Assembly (NCBI GenBank): GCA_946529715.1
Contig: CAMMZJ010000002.1
Span: 2,936 to 66,935, forward strand
DNA: 64,000 bases
Direction of reading: 5' to 3'
DNA from: an uncultured Clostridia bacterium
GTDB taxonomy: Bacteria; Bacillota; Clostridia; Saccharofermentanales; Saccharofermentanaceae
The notes below the pieces were generated by a model. That model was not told where the DNA came from. It did not search any database and saw only the letters and a program-made list of their open reading frames with translations. The stretch's first letter is position 1, and every line of letters begins with the position of its first letter. This document shows positions 56,428-64,000 of the stretch, one piece after another. Both the position numbers and the translations under genes were made by a program.

Positions 56428-56430
56428 TTC

Positions 56431-56507
56431 TGGTCGGAGTGACGGGACTTGAACCCACGACCTCTTGCTCCCTAAGCAAGCACTCTAGCCACCTGAGCTA
56501 CACCCCG
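56431..56507 (-). tRNA. tRNA-Pro with apparent anticodon AGG
   Basis: Minus strand: CGGGGTG-TA-GCTC-AGGTGGCTA-GAGT-G-CTTGC-TTAGGGA-GCAAG-AGGTC-GTGGG-TTCAAGT-CCCGT-CACTCCG-A-CCA. C1:G72 and A73 fit Pro identity. The anticodon loop is UUAGGGA. Confidence 0.85.
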
Positions 56508-56535
56508 ATATATTTGGCGCGTAAAGGAAATCAAT

Positions 56536-56611
56536 TGGTCGGAGTGGCGGGACTCGAACCCACGGCCTCTTGCTCCCGAAGCAAGCACTCTACCACCTGA
56601 GCCACACCCCG
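56536..56611 (-). tRNA. tRNA-Pro (anticodon CGG)
   Basis: Minus strand: CGGGGTGTGGCTCAGGTGGTAGAGTG-CTTGC-TTCGGGA-GCAAG-AGGCCGTGGGTTCGAGTCCCGCCACTCCGACCA. Full cloverleaf with an encoded CCA. Confidence 0.92.
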
Positions 56612-56646
56612 CCGTTTCCGAATAGCTTATCCGTGACAGCTAAATC

Positions 56647-56675
56647 ATATTATTACAACTTTGCAGATTATGCAA
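56647..56675 (-). promoter_or_regulatory. Sigma-A promoter of the tRNA-Pro operon
   Basis: Minus strand: -35 TTGCAT (56670-56675), 17-nt spacer, -10 TAATAT (56647-56652). About 35 nt upstream of the first tRNA. Confidence 0.6.
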
Positions 56676-56769
56676 GTTAAAATTTTCTGCGGTTAAATTG
56701 CTTTTTTAAAAAGAATGGGTGATAATAGATTGTTATTTATTGTGAGAAAGTGGGTATTTATCTGGATTT

Positions 56770-59427
56770 ATGGCAAAGATAGACGGAATAAACAAGACTT
56801 TTGACCCCAATGAGGCAGAGCCGAGGCTTTATAACAGATGGAATGATAACGGCTATTTCAAACCCGATGAGGACGAGGCGAAGAAGCCTTTCTCCATCGT
56901 TATGCCCCCGCCGAACATCACGGGACAGCTCCACATGGGTCATGCCCTGGACAACACTTTACAGGATATACTTGTCAGATATAAGAGGATGAGAGGCTTT
57001 TCCACTTTGTGGGTGCCCGGAACGGACCATGCTTCCATCGCCACTGAGGCCAAGATCGTCGAGCAGATGAGAAAGGAAGGTATCTTCAAGGAGGACCTCG
57101 GAAGAGAGAAGTTCCTTGAGAGAGCCTGGGATTGGAAGAAGAAGTACGGCGGCAGGATCGTCGAGCAGCTCAAGAAGATCGGTTCTTCCTGTGACTGGAG
57201 CCATGAGAGATTCACCATGGACGAGGGCTGTTCCGAAGCAGTCAAGGAAGTTTTCGTTAAGTACTATAATCAGGGACTTATCTACAGAGGTGAGAGGATC
57301 ATCAACTGGTGTCCCCATTGCCTTACCTCCATATCCAACGCGGAGGTCGAATACGAGGATCAGGCCGGACACTTCTGGCATCTGAGATATCCCCTCGAGG
57401 ACGGAACAGGCTATGTAGAGCTTGCCACCACGAGACCCGAGACCCTCCTCGGCGATACGGCCGTAGCCGTTAATCCCAAGGATGAGAGATATAAGGATAT
57501 GGTGGGCAAGATGCTGATCCTTCCCCTTGTGGGCAGAAGGATCCCCGTTATTGCCGACGATTATGTTGACGTGGAATTCGGTACGGGTGTCGTTAAGATC
57601 ACTCCCGCTCATGACCCCAACGACTTCGAGGTCGGACTTCGTCATAACCTTGAGGTCATCAACGTCATGACCGATGATGCCAGGATCACGGATGATTATC
57701 CCAAGTATGCCGGTATGACCCGTGAAGACGCCAGAAAGGCGATCGTTAAGGACCTTGAGGAGGGAGGATACCTCATCAAGACCGAAGACTATAACCATAA
57801 TGTCGGTACATGCTACAGATGCGGTACCACCATCGAGCCCCGTGTTTCCCTTCAGTGGTTCGTAAAGATGGAGGAGCTTGCCAAGCCCGCCATAGAAGCC
57901 GTAAGGGACGGAAGAACGAGATTCGTTCCCCAGAGATTCGAGAAGAACTACTTCAACTGGATGGAGGACATAAGGGACTGGTGTATCTCCAGGCAACTCT
58001 GGTGGGGACATCAGATCCCCGCATTCTACTGCGACGATTGCGAGGAGATAGTGGTAACCAAGGAGGCCGGTGCAGTCTGCCCCAAGTGCGGCAAGCCCAT
58101 GCGTCAGGATCCCGATACCCTCGACACCTGGTTCTCCTCAGCGCTCTGGCCCTTCTCCACCCTCGGCTGGCCCGAGAAGACGGCTGACCTTGAGAAGTTC
58201 TATCCCACGGATACCCTCGTAACGGGATACGACATCATCACCTTCTGGGTATCCAGGATGATGGTTGCAGGTATGGCCCACATGGATCAGGTGCCCTTCA
58301 AGGATGTACTTATCCACGGTCTCGTAAGGGATGCCAAGGGCAGAAAGATGAGTAAGTCCCTGGGCAACGGTATCGATCCCCTTGAGATAATCGAGAAGTT
58401 CGGCGCCGATGCATTGAGATTTGCCCTCGTTACCGGAAATGCTCCCGGAAACGACCAGAGATTCCAGGAAGATAAGATCGAGATGGGTAGGAATTTCAGC
58501 AATAAGATCTGGAATGCCATGCGTTTCGTAATCATGAACTGCGAAGACGATATCGATTTCAGCAAGGTCGACGAGAGCAAGTTCACCCTCGAGGATAAGT
58601 GGATCCTCACGGGTCTTAACAGACTCATAAATGAGGTTACCTTCAACTTCGAGAACTACGACTACGGCGTTGCCCTCTCCAAGATAGTCGATTTCCTCTG
58701 GGAGAGCTATTGCGACTGGTATATCGAGATCGCGAAGAGCCGCCTTTTCGATAAGGAGTGCGACACGAGGCTCGAGGCACAGTATCTCTTGAACTACGTC
58801 CTCGGAGTATCCATGCAGCTGTTGCACCCCTTCATGCCCTTCGTGACGGAGGAGGTTTACGACAATCTCTTCATCGACAGGAAGACGGAGTCCATCATGA
58901 TCTCCGATTGGCCCGATGCGGATAAGGTTCCTTCTTTCCCCGAGGACGAGAAGATGATGACCACACTTATGTCCGCCATCAGATCCATCCGTAATATCAG
59001 GGCGGAGATGGGCGTTGCACCCTCCAGAAAGGCACATGTCATCCTTGTCACCCCCGACGAGAACGTTGCCAAGATCTTCAAGGACGGACTTCCTTTCCTT
59101 GTAAGACTTGCTTCCGTTGACAGCCTCGACACCAGGAACACCAAGGACGGTATCCCGGCAACTGCCGTGGCAGCCATGTTCGCGGGCGGCGAGATCTATA
59201 TGCCTCTGGAAGACCTTATCGATATCTCCAAGGAGCTTGAGAGACTTTCCAAGGAGAAGGAGAAGATCGAGGGAGAGCTTAAGAGAGTCGAAGGAAAGCT
59301 CGCAAACGAGAACTTTGTTTCCAGGGCTCCCGAGAACGTGATAAATGCCGAGCGTGAGAAGAAGGCAAAATATCAGGAAATGTATTCTAATCTTGATGAG
59401 AGGATAAAGATACTTTCAAATATCTGA
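56770..59427 (+). CDS. valS: Valyl-tRNA synthetase
   Basis: HIGH motif PPNITGQLHMGH, KMSKS motif KMSKSLGN, and a C-terminal coiled coil. 885 aa. Confidence 0.95.
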   Translation: MAKIDGINKTFDPNEAEPRLYNRWNDNGYFKPDEDEAKKPFSIVMPPPNITGQLHMGHALDNTLQDILVRYKRMRGFSTLWVPGTDHASIATEAKIVEQMRKEGIFKEDLGREKFLERAWDWKKKYGGRIVEQLKKIGSSCDWSHERFTMDEGCSEAVKEVFVKYYNQGLIYRGERIINWCPHCLTSISNAEVEYEDQAGHFWHLRYPLEDGTGYVELATTRPETLLGDTAVAVNPKDERYKDMVGKMLILPLVGRRIPVIADDYVDVEFGTGVVKITPAHDPNDFEVGLRHNLEVINVMTDDARITDDYPKYAGMTREDARKAIVKDLEEGGYLIKTEDYNHNVGTCYRCGTTIEPRVSLQWFVKMEELAKPAIEAVRDGRTRFVPQRFEKNYFNWMEDIRDWCISRQLWWGHQIPAFYCDDCEEIVVTKEAGAVCPKCGKPMRQDPDTLDTWFSSALWPFSTLGWPEKTADLEKFYPTDTLVTGYDIITFWVSRMMVAGMAHMDQVPFKDVLIHGLVRDAKGRKMSKSLGNGIDPLEIIEKFGADALRFALVTGNAPGNDQRFQEDKIEMGRNFSNKIWNAMRFVIMNCEDDIDFSKVDESKFTLEDKWILTGLNRLINEVTFNFENYDYGVALSKIVDFLWESYCDWYIEIAKSRLFDKECDTRLEAQYLLNYVLGVSMQLLHPFMPFVTEEVYDNLFIDRKTESIMISDWPDADKVPSFPEDEKMMTTLMSAIRSIRNIRAEMGVAPSRKAHVILVTPDENVAKIFKDGLPFLVRLASVDSLDTRNTKDGIPATAVAAMFAGGEIYMPLEDLIDISKELERLSKEKEKIEGELKRVEGKLANENFVSRAPENVINAEREKKAKYQEMYSNLDERIKILSNI

Positions 59428-59446
59428 AAAGAGGGAGGAACAGAAA

Positions 59447-60094
59447 ATGGCAACAGGATTTGAAGACGCAGCAAAGATCGAGGCATTACCCAAGGAGGGT
59501 GTACATTGCTTTGCGGCAAACAGTAAGCAGATCAATATCAGAAGGATCGTAACCGCAATACTCATGGTGGTATTCGCCGTATTGGCGGTTCTCTTCCTTG
59601 TGGGGAGCAATCCTTCTTATCCGCTGGCGGGCATAGCGATCGTCGCATTCATCGTATCGCTTCTCGTATTTATACAGACTTTCCTCATCGCAAAGTACCG
59701 TGTAGCAGTGGACTATAACGAGAAGAAGGTAGTATTGAGATACAGATTCAGCCTTATCTCCATCCCCTTCGATTCCTTCGACGCCAGGGACGGTGAGCCC
59801 GATAAGGCCGAGGAGATGCTGGAGAATGCAAAGCAGGGCGGAGAGAAGACATACTATCTTGTACTCGACAACGTATTCGACGAGGCATGCTTCCAGACAT
59901 CCACCAAGGATCTGGCTTCCAGGGAGGACTTCTTCCAGCTCAAGGAAGAGGCATTCGCCATCGCCGATGCATACGGCGCAAGGAACAGCGAGGATGCCAT
60001 CAAGCCCAACCAGCCTGAGAAGAAGAACGACTCCATCAAGCCCGCAGGCAACGACGACGTGGACGATATCGTCAAGAAGGCCATCGAAGAGTAA
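59447..60094 (+). CDS. Hypothetical membrane protein (2 TM plus an acidic cytoplasmic tail)
   Basis: Two hydrophobic helices (IVTAILMVVFAVLAVLFLV and LAGIAIVAFIVSLLVFIQTFLI). No recognisable motif. RBS AGGGAGGAA. Confidence 0.6.
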   Translation: MATGFEDAAKIEALPKEGVHCFAANSKQINIRRIVTAILMVVFAVLAVLFLVGSNPSYPLAGIAIVAFIVSLLVFIQTFLIAKYRVAVDYNEKKVVLRYRFSLISIPFDSFDARDGEPDKAEEMLENAKQGGEKTYYLVLDNVFDEACFQTSTKDLASREDFFQLKEEAFAIADAYGARNSEDAIKPNQPEKKNDSIKPAGNDDVDDIVKKAIEE

Positions 60095-60118
60095 ATCTTC
60101 CCGTCAAACGAACAACAG

Positions 60119-60151
60119 GACCGGTCTCCCTCGGGGGATCGGTCTTTTTTT
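60119..60151 (+). terminator. Rho-independent terminator after the valS operon
   Basis: GACCGGTCTCCC pairs with GGGGGATCGGTC (two G:U pairs), followed by TTTTTTT. Confidence 0.85.
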
Positions 60152-60155
60152 AAAC

Positions 60156-60179
60156 GTTTGTAACCAATTGTAACCATTT
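60156..60179 (+). repeat. 24-nt conserved intergenic motif, copy B (GTTTGTAACCAATTGTAACCATTT)
   Basis: Matches 41191-41214 at 23 of 24 positions. Lies directly after a terminator and 40 nt upstream of the orphan ORF. Confidence 0.8.
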
Positions 60180-60218
60180 TGGTGCAAATTCCTTTGCTTA
60201 TCATATTAGAATCCGCAT

Positions 60219-60977
60219 ATGAGAATGATAAGATCACATCAGCTCAGGCTTTCATATCTTAGATCCATGATGGATAAGCTGCCCCATGGGACCTTCGGCA
60301 CATACAGAGGAAGACCTGTGGTCTATATTACCTATGATCCTGCTGACAGATCCGTAACGAGCAGAAACAGAAAAAGATTCTATACGGACAGCAGTAAGGG
60401 CAGGCTCTATTCCGTGCTGATAAAAGAATACCAGGCGGCAAAAGCCGAGTATCGCAAACTTTGGGATCAGTGGATCTTAATGTACGGAAAAAAGCCGGAC
60501 CTTGTTTCGTATCCGCTGCACACATCCGTGAGTCCGATGATAACAGAACAGACATTCCGTGAATCCGTTCCGAATCAGAATCCATTTCCCGAAAAGGGCT
60601 ATGTTAACAGCAGAATGCAGAAGTTCAGGTCAAAGAATGAAATGATCGCCGTAAAGATCATAGAGAATATGGGATATACGTGTAAGACAGAGATAAGACT
60701 TACAGGAAGCAGGATCTATTATCCGGATGTGACATTCCTGGTGCCTGAATGTATGAAGGCGATAGGTGTTGAACTTGACGGCGCCATGGACGATTTCAAA
60801 TATGCCAATAAGGCACATACAAGAAAGAACGAGTATCTGTCTGACGGATTCAGGGAGTTCAAGGACATCATATTCTTCCGGATGACTTCCTCGAATATGT
60901 TTGATGCGGATCTATTCAGTTCTTATATAGAGATAGCTCTGGAATTAAGTGCCCGTGATATCCTGGATTCCCTATAA
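60219..60977 (+). CDS. Orphan hypothetical protein with a PD-(D/E)xK / DUF559-like nuclease-fold motif in its C-terminal half
   Basis: 252 aa. FRSKNEMIAVKIIENMGY...YYPDVTFLVPECMKAIGVELDGAMDDFKY resembles the D...(E)xDG core of Vsr/DUF559/TnsA-N-type folds. Uses AAA/GAA/AGA/CCG codons, unlike the neighbouring genes. Confidence 0.5.
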   Translation: MRMIRSHQLRLSYLRSMMDKLPHGTFGTYRGRPVVYITYDPADRSVTSRNRKRFYTDSSKGRLYSVLIKEYQAAKAEYRKLWDQWILMYGKKPDLVSYPLHTSVSPMITEQTFRESVPNQNPFPEKGYVNSRMQKFRSKNEMIAVKIIENMGYTCKTEIRLTGSRIYYPDVTFLVPECMKAIGVELDGAMDDFKYANKAHTRKNEYLSDGFREFKDIIFFRMTSSNMFDADLFSSYIEIALELSARDILDSL

Positions 60978-61079
60978 TTTCGATTAAATTGAGAAAATAG
61001 GGAATATAATCACCGAAAAGGGCGAAAATTCCCTGTTTTTGCATTTGAACTGAAAAAATGTGGTCATAGGGTAGGGAAT
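60967..61079. repeat. Cluster of four alternating AGGGAAT/ATTCCCT repeats
   Basis: ATTCCCTAT (60967-60975), ATAGGGAAT (60997-61005), AATTCCCT (61027-61034) followed by GTTTTT, and TAGGGAAT (61072-61079). Confidence 0.7.
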
Positions 61080-61081
61080 CA

Positions 61082-61759
61082 TCACCCGATCAGGTCCTTG
61101 ATGACTTCTCCGGCGATGATGAGGCCTGCTACGGAGGGGACAAAGGCGATGGAGGCGGGTACTCGGTCATGCCTTACCGGAGGTTCGGTGGAATATACGG
61201 TCTTGAGCTTCTTTATGCCCCGGGCCTTAAGTTCGCGTCTCATGACCTTGGCAAGAGGGCAGACGGAGGTCTTATAGATGTCTGCGACCTGAAATCCCGT
61301 GGGATCCAGTTTGTTTCCTGCTCCCATGGAGCTGATAACGGGAGTTCCCGCCTCGTTACAGCACCTGACCAGTTCTATCTTTGCGGTAACCGTATCGATG
61401 GCGTCCACCACATAGTCGTAGGCGGAAAAGTCGAATTCCGATGAGTTCTCGGGAAGGAAGAATGTGGTATGAATGTTGACCTTGATATCCGGGTCGATAT
61501 CCGCGATCCTTTCCGCGAAGGCCTCGGTCTTATATCTTCCCACGGTACTGTGGAGCGCTATGAGCTGTCTGTTTATGTTGGAAAGGTCGACGGTATCCTT
61601 ATCTATGAGATCCAATGATCCGATGCCGGACCTGGCGAGGGCTTCAACGACGTGTCCGCCGACTCCGCCTAATCCGAAGACCGCTACCCTGGAGCGTTTG
61701 AGCTTCAAGAGGGCTTCCTCGCCTATGAGTTTCTCTGTTCTGGATAATTCTTCCTTCAT
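61082..61759 (-). CDS. tcdA: tRNA threonylcarbamoyladenosine dehydratase (ThiF/MoeB-family E1-like)
   Basis: Rossmann motif RVAVFGLGGVGGHVVEALARSGIG, DKDTVDLSNINRQ and a later SVCPLAK. 225 aa. Confidence 0.78.
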   Translation of the reverse strand: MKEELSRTEKLIGEEALLKLKRSRVAVFGLGGVGGHVVEALARSGIGSLDLIDKDTVDLSNINRQLIALHSTVGRYKTEAFAERIADIDPDIKVNIHTTFFLPENSSEFDFSAYDYVVDAIDTVTAKIELVRCCNEAGTPVISSMGAGNKLDPTGFQVADIYKTSVCPLAKVMRRELKARGIKKLKTVYSTEPPVRHDRVPASIAFVPSVAGLIIAGEVIKDLIG

Positions 61760-61819
61760 CGTATTCCTCCGAATGGAAACCGTTTTATTAGTGCTATAAT
61801 ATCAAACGGAGGTAGTTTT

Positions 61820-62869
61820 ATGGAAGATATGACCTTTGCCAAGAAATTACTGTACTCGCTCGTGGTCGCTTTGGCGGCCGCCATCGTGTCGGGTATAACG
61901 CTCGCATTGTTTGCAGAGGAAGTGAGGTCTTTACTCCTTGTCCTGATGATCGTTTCTCTGGTCATCGGCGGGATCGTTCTCATTCTCCTGATCGCTCTGG
62001 ATTCCAAGTCCAAGAAGATAAAAGGCCTGGCGATTGCAGGAGCCGCTTTGGTGGCTCTTATCGCGGTGTTTTCAGCCACGATAATGATGCTTGCCCCTAA
62101 GATGATCTTCCCGAGAAGCCACGATGAAGAGGCCTATGAGAACCTGGTCACTTTGTCGGAAAACAAGGAAAACTACCTGGAACAGATTGCCTGCGGGGAT
62201 TTGACAGGGTGGAGGCTCTGCGCCAGGAATCCCGCACCCGGGGATAAGAGGCCGGTCATCTTATGTTTCGGAGGAAACGGGCAGAACTCTTCTTCCACCA
62301 TGGAATTCCTGATCAACGATACATCGGGATATTTCCAGGGCCTGCTCGTCGAGTACGATTTTGTATTCTTTGATTATCCCGGTTACGGAACAAGCGCCGG
62401 AGATCCCAATGGCGATTCCCTAAGGGAGATGGCCTTGTCGGTGTTCGATGAGGTGGAATCCTGGAGTACGACTTCTTCCATAGTCTGCCTGGGTTATTCC
62501 ATCGGAACGGGACCAGCCACCTATTGCGCTTCCCAGAAAGATGCGGACGGACTTGTTCTTTGGGCTCCCTATGCTAACCAGTACGATGTTTATAATAACT
62601 ACTTTAATGTATTCCATGGTCCCTTAAAGCTTTTGGTCACCTATAAGATGACCTCGGATAAATATATTAAGGATGTGGATTGCCCGATCCTTATAGTCGC
62701 ATCTGACAAGGATGAGGTGATACCCTATGAGAGCAGCAGGAACCTGTTTGCCGCTTCCACCGGTGGAAGTACCGATTTCACCACGGTGCAGGGAATAGGA
62801 CATAATGATTTCTGGAGTAATGAGGACGTCTTATCGTCAACGGTATCATTCGTAAGGGGGGTGGTCTGA
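61820..62869 (+). CDS. Membrane-anchored alpha/beta hydrolase
   Basis: Three N-terminal TM helices. Nucleophile elbow GYSIGTG. Later DKDEVIP and GIGHNDF supply the Asp and His of the triad. Confidence 0.7.
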   Translation: MEDMTFAKKLLYSLVVALAAAIVSGITLALFAEEVRSLLLVLMIVSLVIGGIVLILLIALDSKSKKIKGLAIAGAALVALIAVFSATIMMLAPKMIFPRSHDEEAYENLVTLSENKENYLEQIACGDLTGWRLCARNPAPGDKRPVILCFGGNGQNSSSTMEFLINDTSGYFQGLLVEYDFVFFDYPGYGTSAGDPNGDSLREMALSVFDEVESWSTTSSIVCLGYSIGTGPATYCASQKDADGLVLWAPYANQYDVYNNYFNVFHGPLKLLVTYKMTSDKYIKDVDCPILIVASDKDEVIPYESSRNLFAASTGGSTDFTTVQGIGHNDFWSNEDVLSSTVSFVRGVV

Positions 62870-63126
62870 TGTTAGACTTCAGTTCAAAATTCATAAAGGC
62901 CATTGTCTTCTCGTTGGTAACGATGTTTCTGGCTCTGTTGTTACTCTTCTTTTTTGTGGGAGGATCCGTGATCCTCCGGCTATTCCTTCCGGTGCTACTT
63001 CTGGCTTTTACGCTGCTTAACGTGATACTCTGTCATGTTCCGTTCCTCAGAGATCATCTGTGGATCATTCTGCCTATTGATGCAGTGCTCGGCATCATCG
63101 CTGCCGTCATAGTGCATTTCATTTGA
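62869..63126 (+). CDS. Small hypothetical membrane protein (85 aa, 3 TM)
   Basis: TGATG overlap with the hydrolase gene. Entirely hydrophobic helices. Confidence 0.5.
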   Translation: MLDFSSKFIKAIVFSLVTMFLALLLLFFFVGGSVILRLFLPVLLLAFTLLNVILCHVPFLRDHLWIILPIDAVLGIIAAVIVHFI

Positions 63127-63160
63127 AGAAATGAAAATCATTGATTAGTCTATGCTTATC

Positions 63161-63195
63161 GGAACGACGGTCACATCACCGTCGTTCCTTATTTA
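63161..63195 (+). terminator. Terminator hairpin after the hydrolase operon
   Basis: GGAACGACGGT, 6-nt loop, ACCGTCGTTCC, then TTATTTA (an interrupted T tract). Confidence 0.6.
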
Positions 63196-63210
63196 TGCGC
63201 TCTTATATTA

Positions 63211-63239
63211 TTGACTTAAATCTTCTATCAAATTAGAAT
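63211..63239 (+). promoter_or_regulatory. Sigma-A promoter of fba
   Basis: -35 TTGACT (63211-63216), 17-nt spacer, -10 TAGAAT (63234-63239). Confidence 0.65.
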
Positions 63240-63290
63240 ATTTCCATACGAGTTTTTTTCGTAAGTATCTAGTTAAAGGAGAATTTAGCC

Positions 63291-64000
63291 ATGCCATTGG
63301 TAACAACCACAGAAATGTTTAAGAAGGCTTATGACGGCGGTTACGCTATCGGTGCTTTCAATGTTAACAACATGGAGATCGTTCAGGGTATCACGGAGGC
63401 AGCCGGAGAGCTCGAGTCCCCCGTTATCCTTCAGGTTTCCAAGGGAGCCAGAGCTTATGCTAACCACACATATCTCGTAAAGCTCGTTGAGGCTGCTGTT
63501 ATTGAGAACCCTCAGATCCCGATCGCTCTTCACCTTGACCATGGTGATACATTTGAACTCTGTAAGTCCTGCATCGACGGTGGTTTCACATCCGTCATGA
63601 TCGATGCTTCCTCCAAGCCCTTCGAAGAGAATATCGCTCTTACAAAGCAGGTTGTTGAGTATGCTCACGCTCACGGCGTAGTTGTCGAGGCTGAGCTCGG
63701 AACACTTGCCGGTATCGAGGATGAGGTCGTTGTTGAGTCAGGTAAGGAAGCTTACACAAGACCCGAAGAGGTTGAGGAGTTCGTAGACAGAACAGGTTGT
63801 GACTCCCTTGCTATCGCCATCGGTACATCCCACGGTGCATACAAGTTCACAGCTGCTCAGTGCACAAGAAACGCTGACGGTATCCTTGTACCTCCTCCGC
63901 TCAGATTCGACGTACTCGAGGAGTGCATCAAGAGACTTCCCGGTTTCCCCATCGTTCTCCACGGTTCTTCTTCCGTACCTCAGGAGTTCGTTAAGATGGT
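63291..64000 (+). CDS. fba: Class II fructose-1,6-bisphosphate aldolase, 3'-truncated by the window edge
   Basis: Not in the ORF track because no stop falls inside the window. My translation reads MPLVTTTEMFKKAYDGGYAIGAFNVNNME...LHLDHGD...GTSHGAYKF...VLHGSSSVP. RBS AAAGGAGAA. High-expression codon usage. Confidence 0.9.
   Translation, partial: MPLVTTTEMFKKAYDGGYAIGAFNVNNMEIVQGITEAAGELESPVILQVSKGARAYANHTYLVKLVEAAVIENPQIPIALHLDHGDTFELCKSCIDGGFTSVMIDASSKPFEENIALTKQVVEYAHAHGVVVEAELGTLAGIEDEVVVESGKEAYTRPEEVEEFVDRTGCDSLAIAIGTSHGAYKFTAAQCTRNADGILVPPPLRFDVLEECIKRLPGFPIVLHGSSSVPQEFVKM

Noticed and set aside
56418-56600. A 60 aa plus-strand ORF spanning the tRNA region.
   Set aside because: It is the reverse complement of two tRNA genes. 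The repeated peptide (VGVTGLEPTTSCS and VGVAGLEPTASCS) simply mirrors the tRNA duplication.
1-64000. Mobile elements, prophage, CRISPR arrays, toxin-antitoxin pairs or recognised defence systems.
   Set aside because: No transposase, integrase, recombinase, Cas, restriction-modification or phage structural motifs appear in any frame. No regularly spaced repeat arrays were seen. The only candidate acquired segment is the single-gene cassette at 60152-61081, reported separately.

Overview
This 64 kb window looks like core chromosome of a Gram-positive anaerobe, probably Clostridia or Lachnospiraceae-like. The supporting signs are GGAGG ribosome-binding sites, an LPXTG surface protein, a T-box leader, and ispH-S1 and nadD-yqeK gene fusions. 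Coding density is high, with about 55 protein genes, and I saw no transposase, integrase, CRISPR array, rRNA or prophage.

Gene content, left to right:
- The 3' end of a CnaB-repeat LPXTG adhesin, then nudC, a GH3 lipoprotein, a membrane pyrophosphatase and a GH2 LacZ-like protein whose active site looks degenerate.
- A WalRK-like two-component system cotranscribed with a pseudouridine synthase. It faces three tandem paralogous acidic lipoprotein genes.
- An RNA-modification trio (methyltransferase, RluA-type synthase, HD hydrolase) and a type-2 ileS.
- An M50 protease, scpAB, an RpiR regulator, cmk, the ispH-S1 fusion, an NlpC/P60 hydrolase and an M20 peptidase.
- The conserved rpsB-tsf-pyrH-frr-uppS-cdsA-dxr-rseP block, then purD, the nadD-yqeK fusion, rsfS and comEA.
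- birA and bioY with a clear BirA operator, a T-box followed by a thrS that lacks the TGS domain, ung and a MATE pump.
- A c-di-GMP turnover cluster: an HD-GYP protein, a degenerate-GGDEF-EAL protein and a LacI-type sensor core with no HTH. A GT-C membrane glycosyltransferase converges on it.
- Two tandem tRNA-Pro genes, valS, an A/T-rich orphan ORF, tcdA, an alpha/beta hydrolase and the 5' end of fba.

Most notable observations:
- One tRNA-Pro has an apparent AGG anticodon, meaning A at wobble position 34.
- A 24-nt motif containing two TTGTAACC direct repeats occurs twice, 19 kb apart, upstream of comEA and upstream of the orphan nuclease-like ORF.
- The three lipoprotein paralogues sit next to the WalRK-like system.
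- The c-di-GMP cluster contains two phosphodiesterases, no cyclase, and an orphan sugar-sensor-like protein.
- A codon-atypical patch carrying a near-consensus promoter lies inside the ispH-S1 fusion.
- The GH2 protein appears to have lost its catalytic acid/base residue.

All calls come from reading the sequence and the ORF translations by eye. No database search was run.
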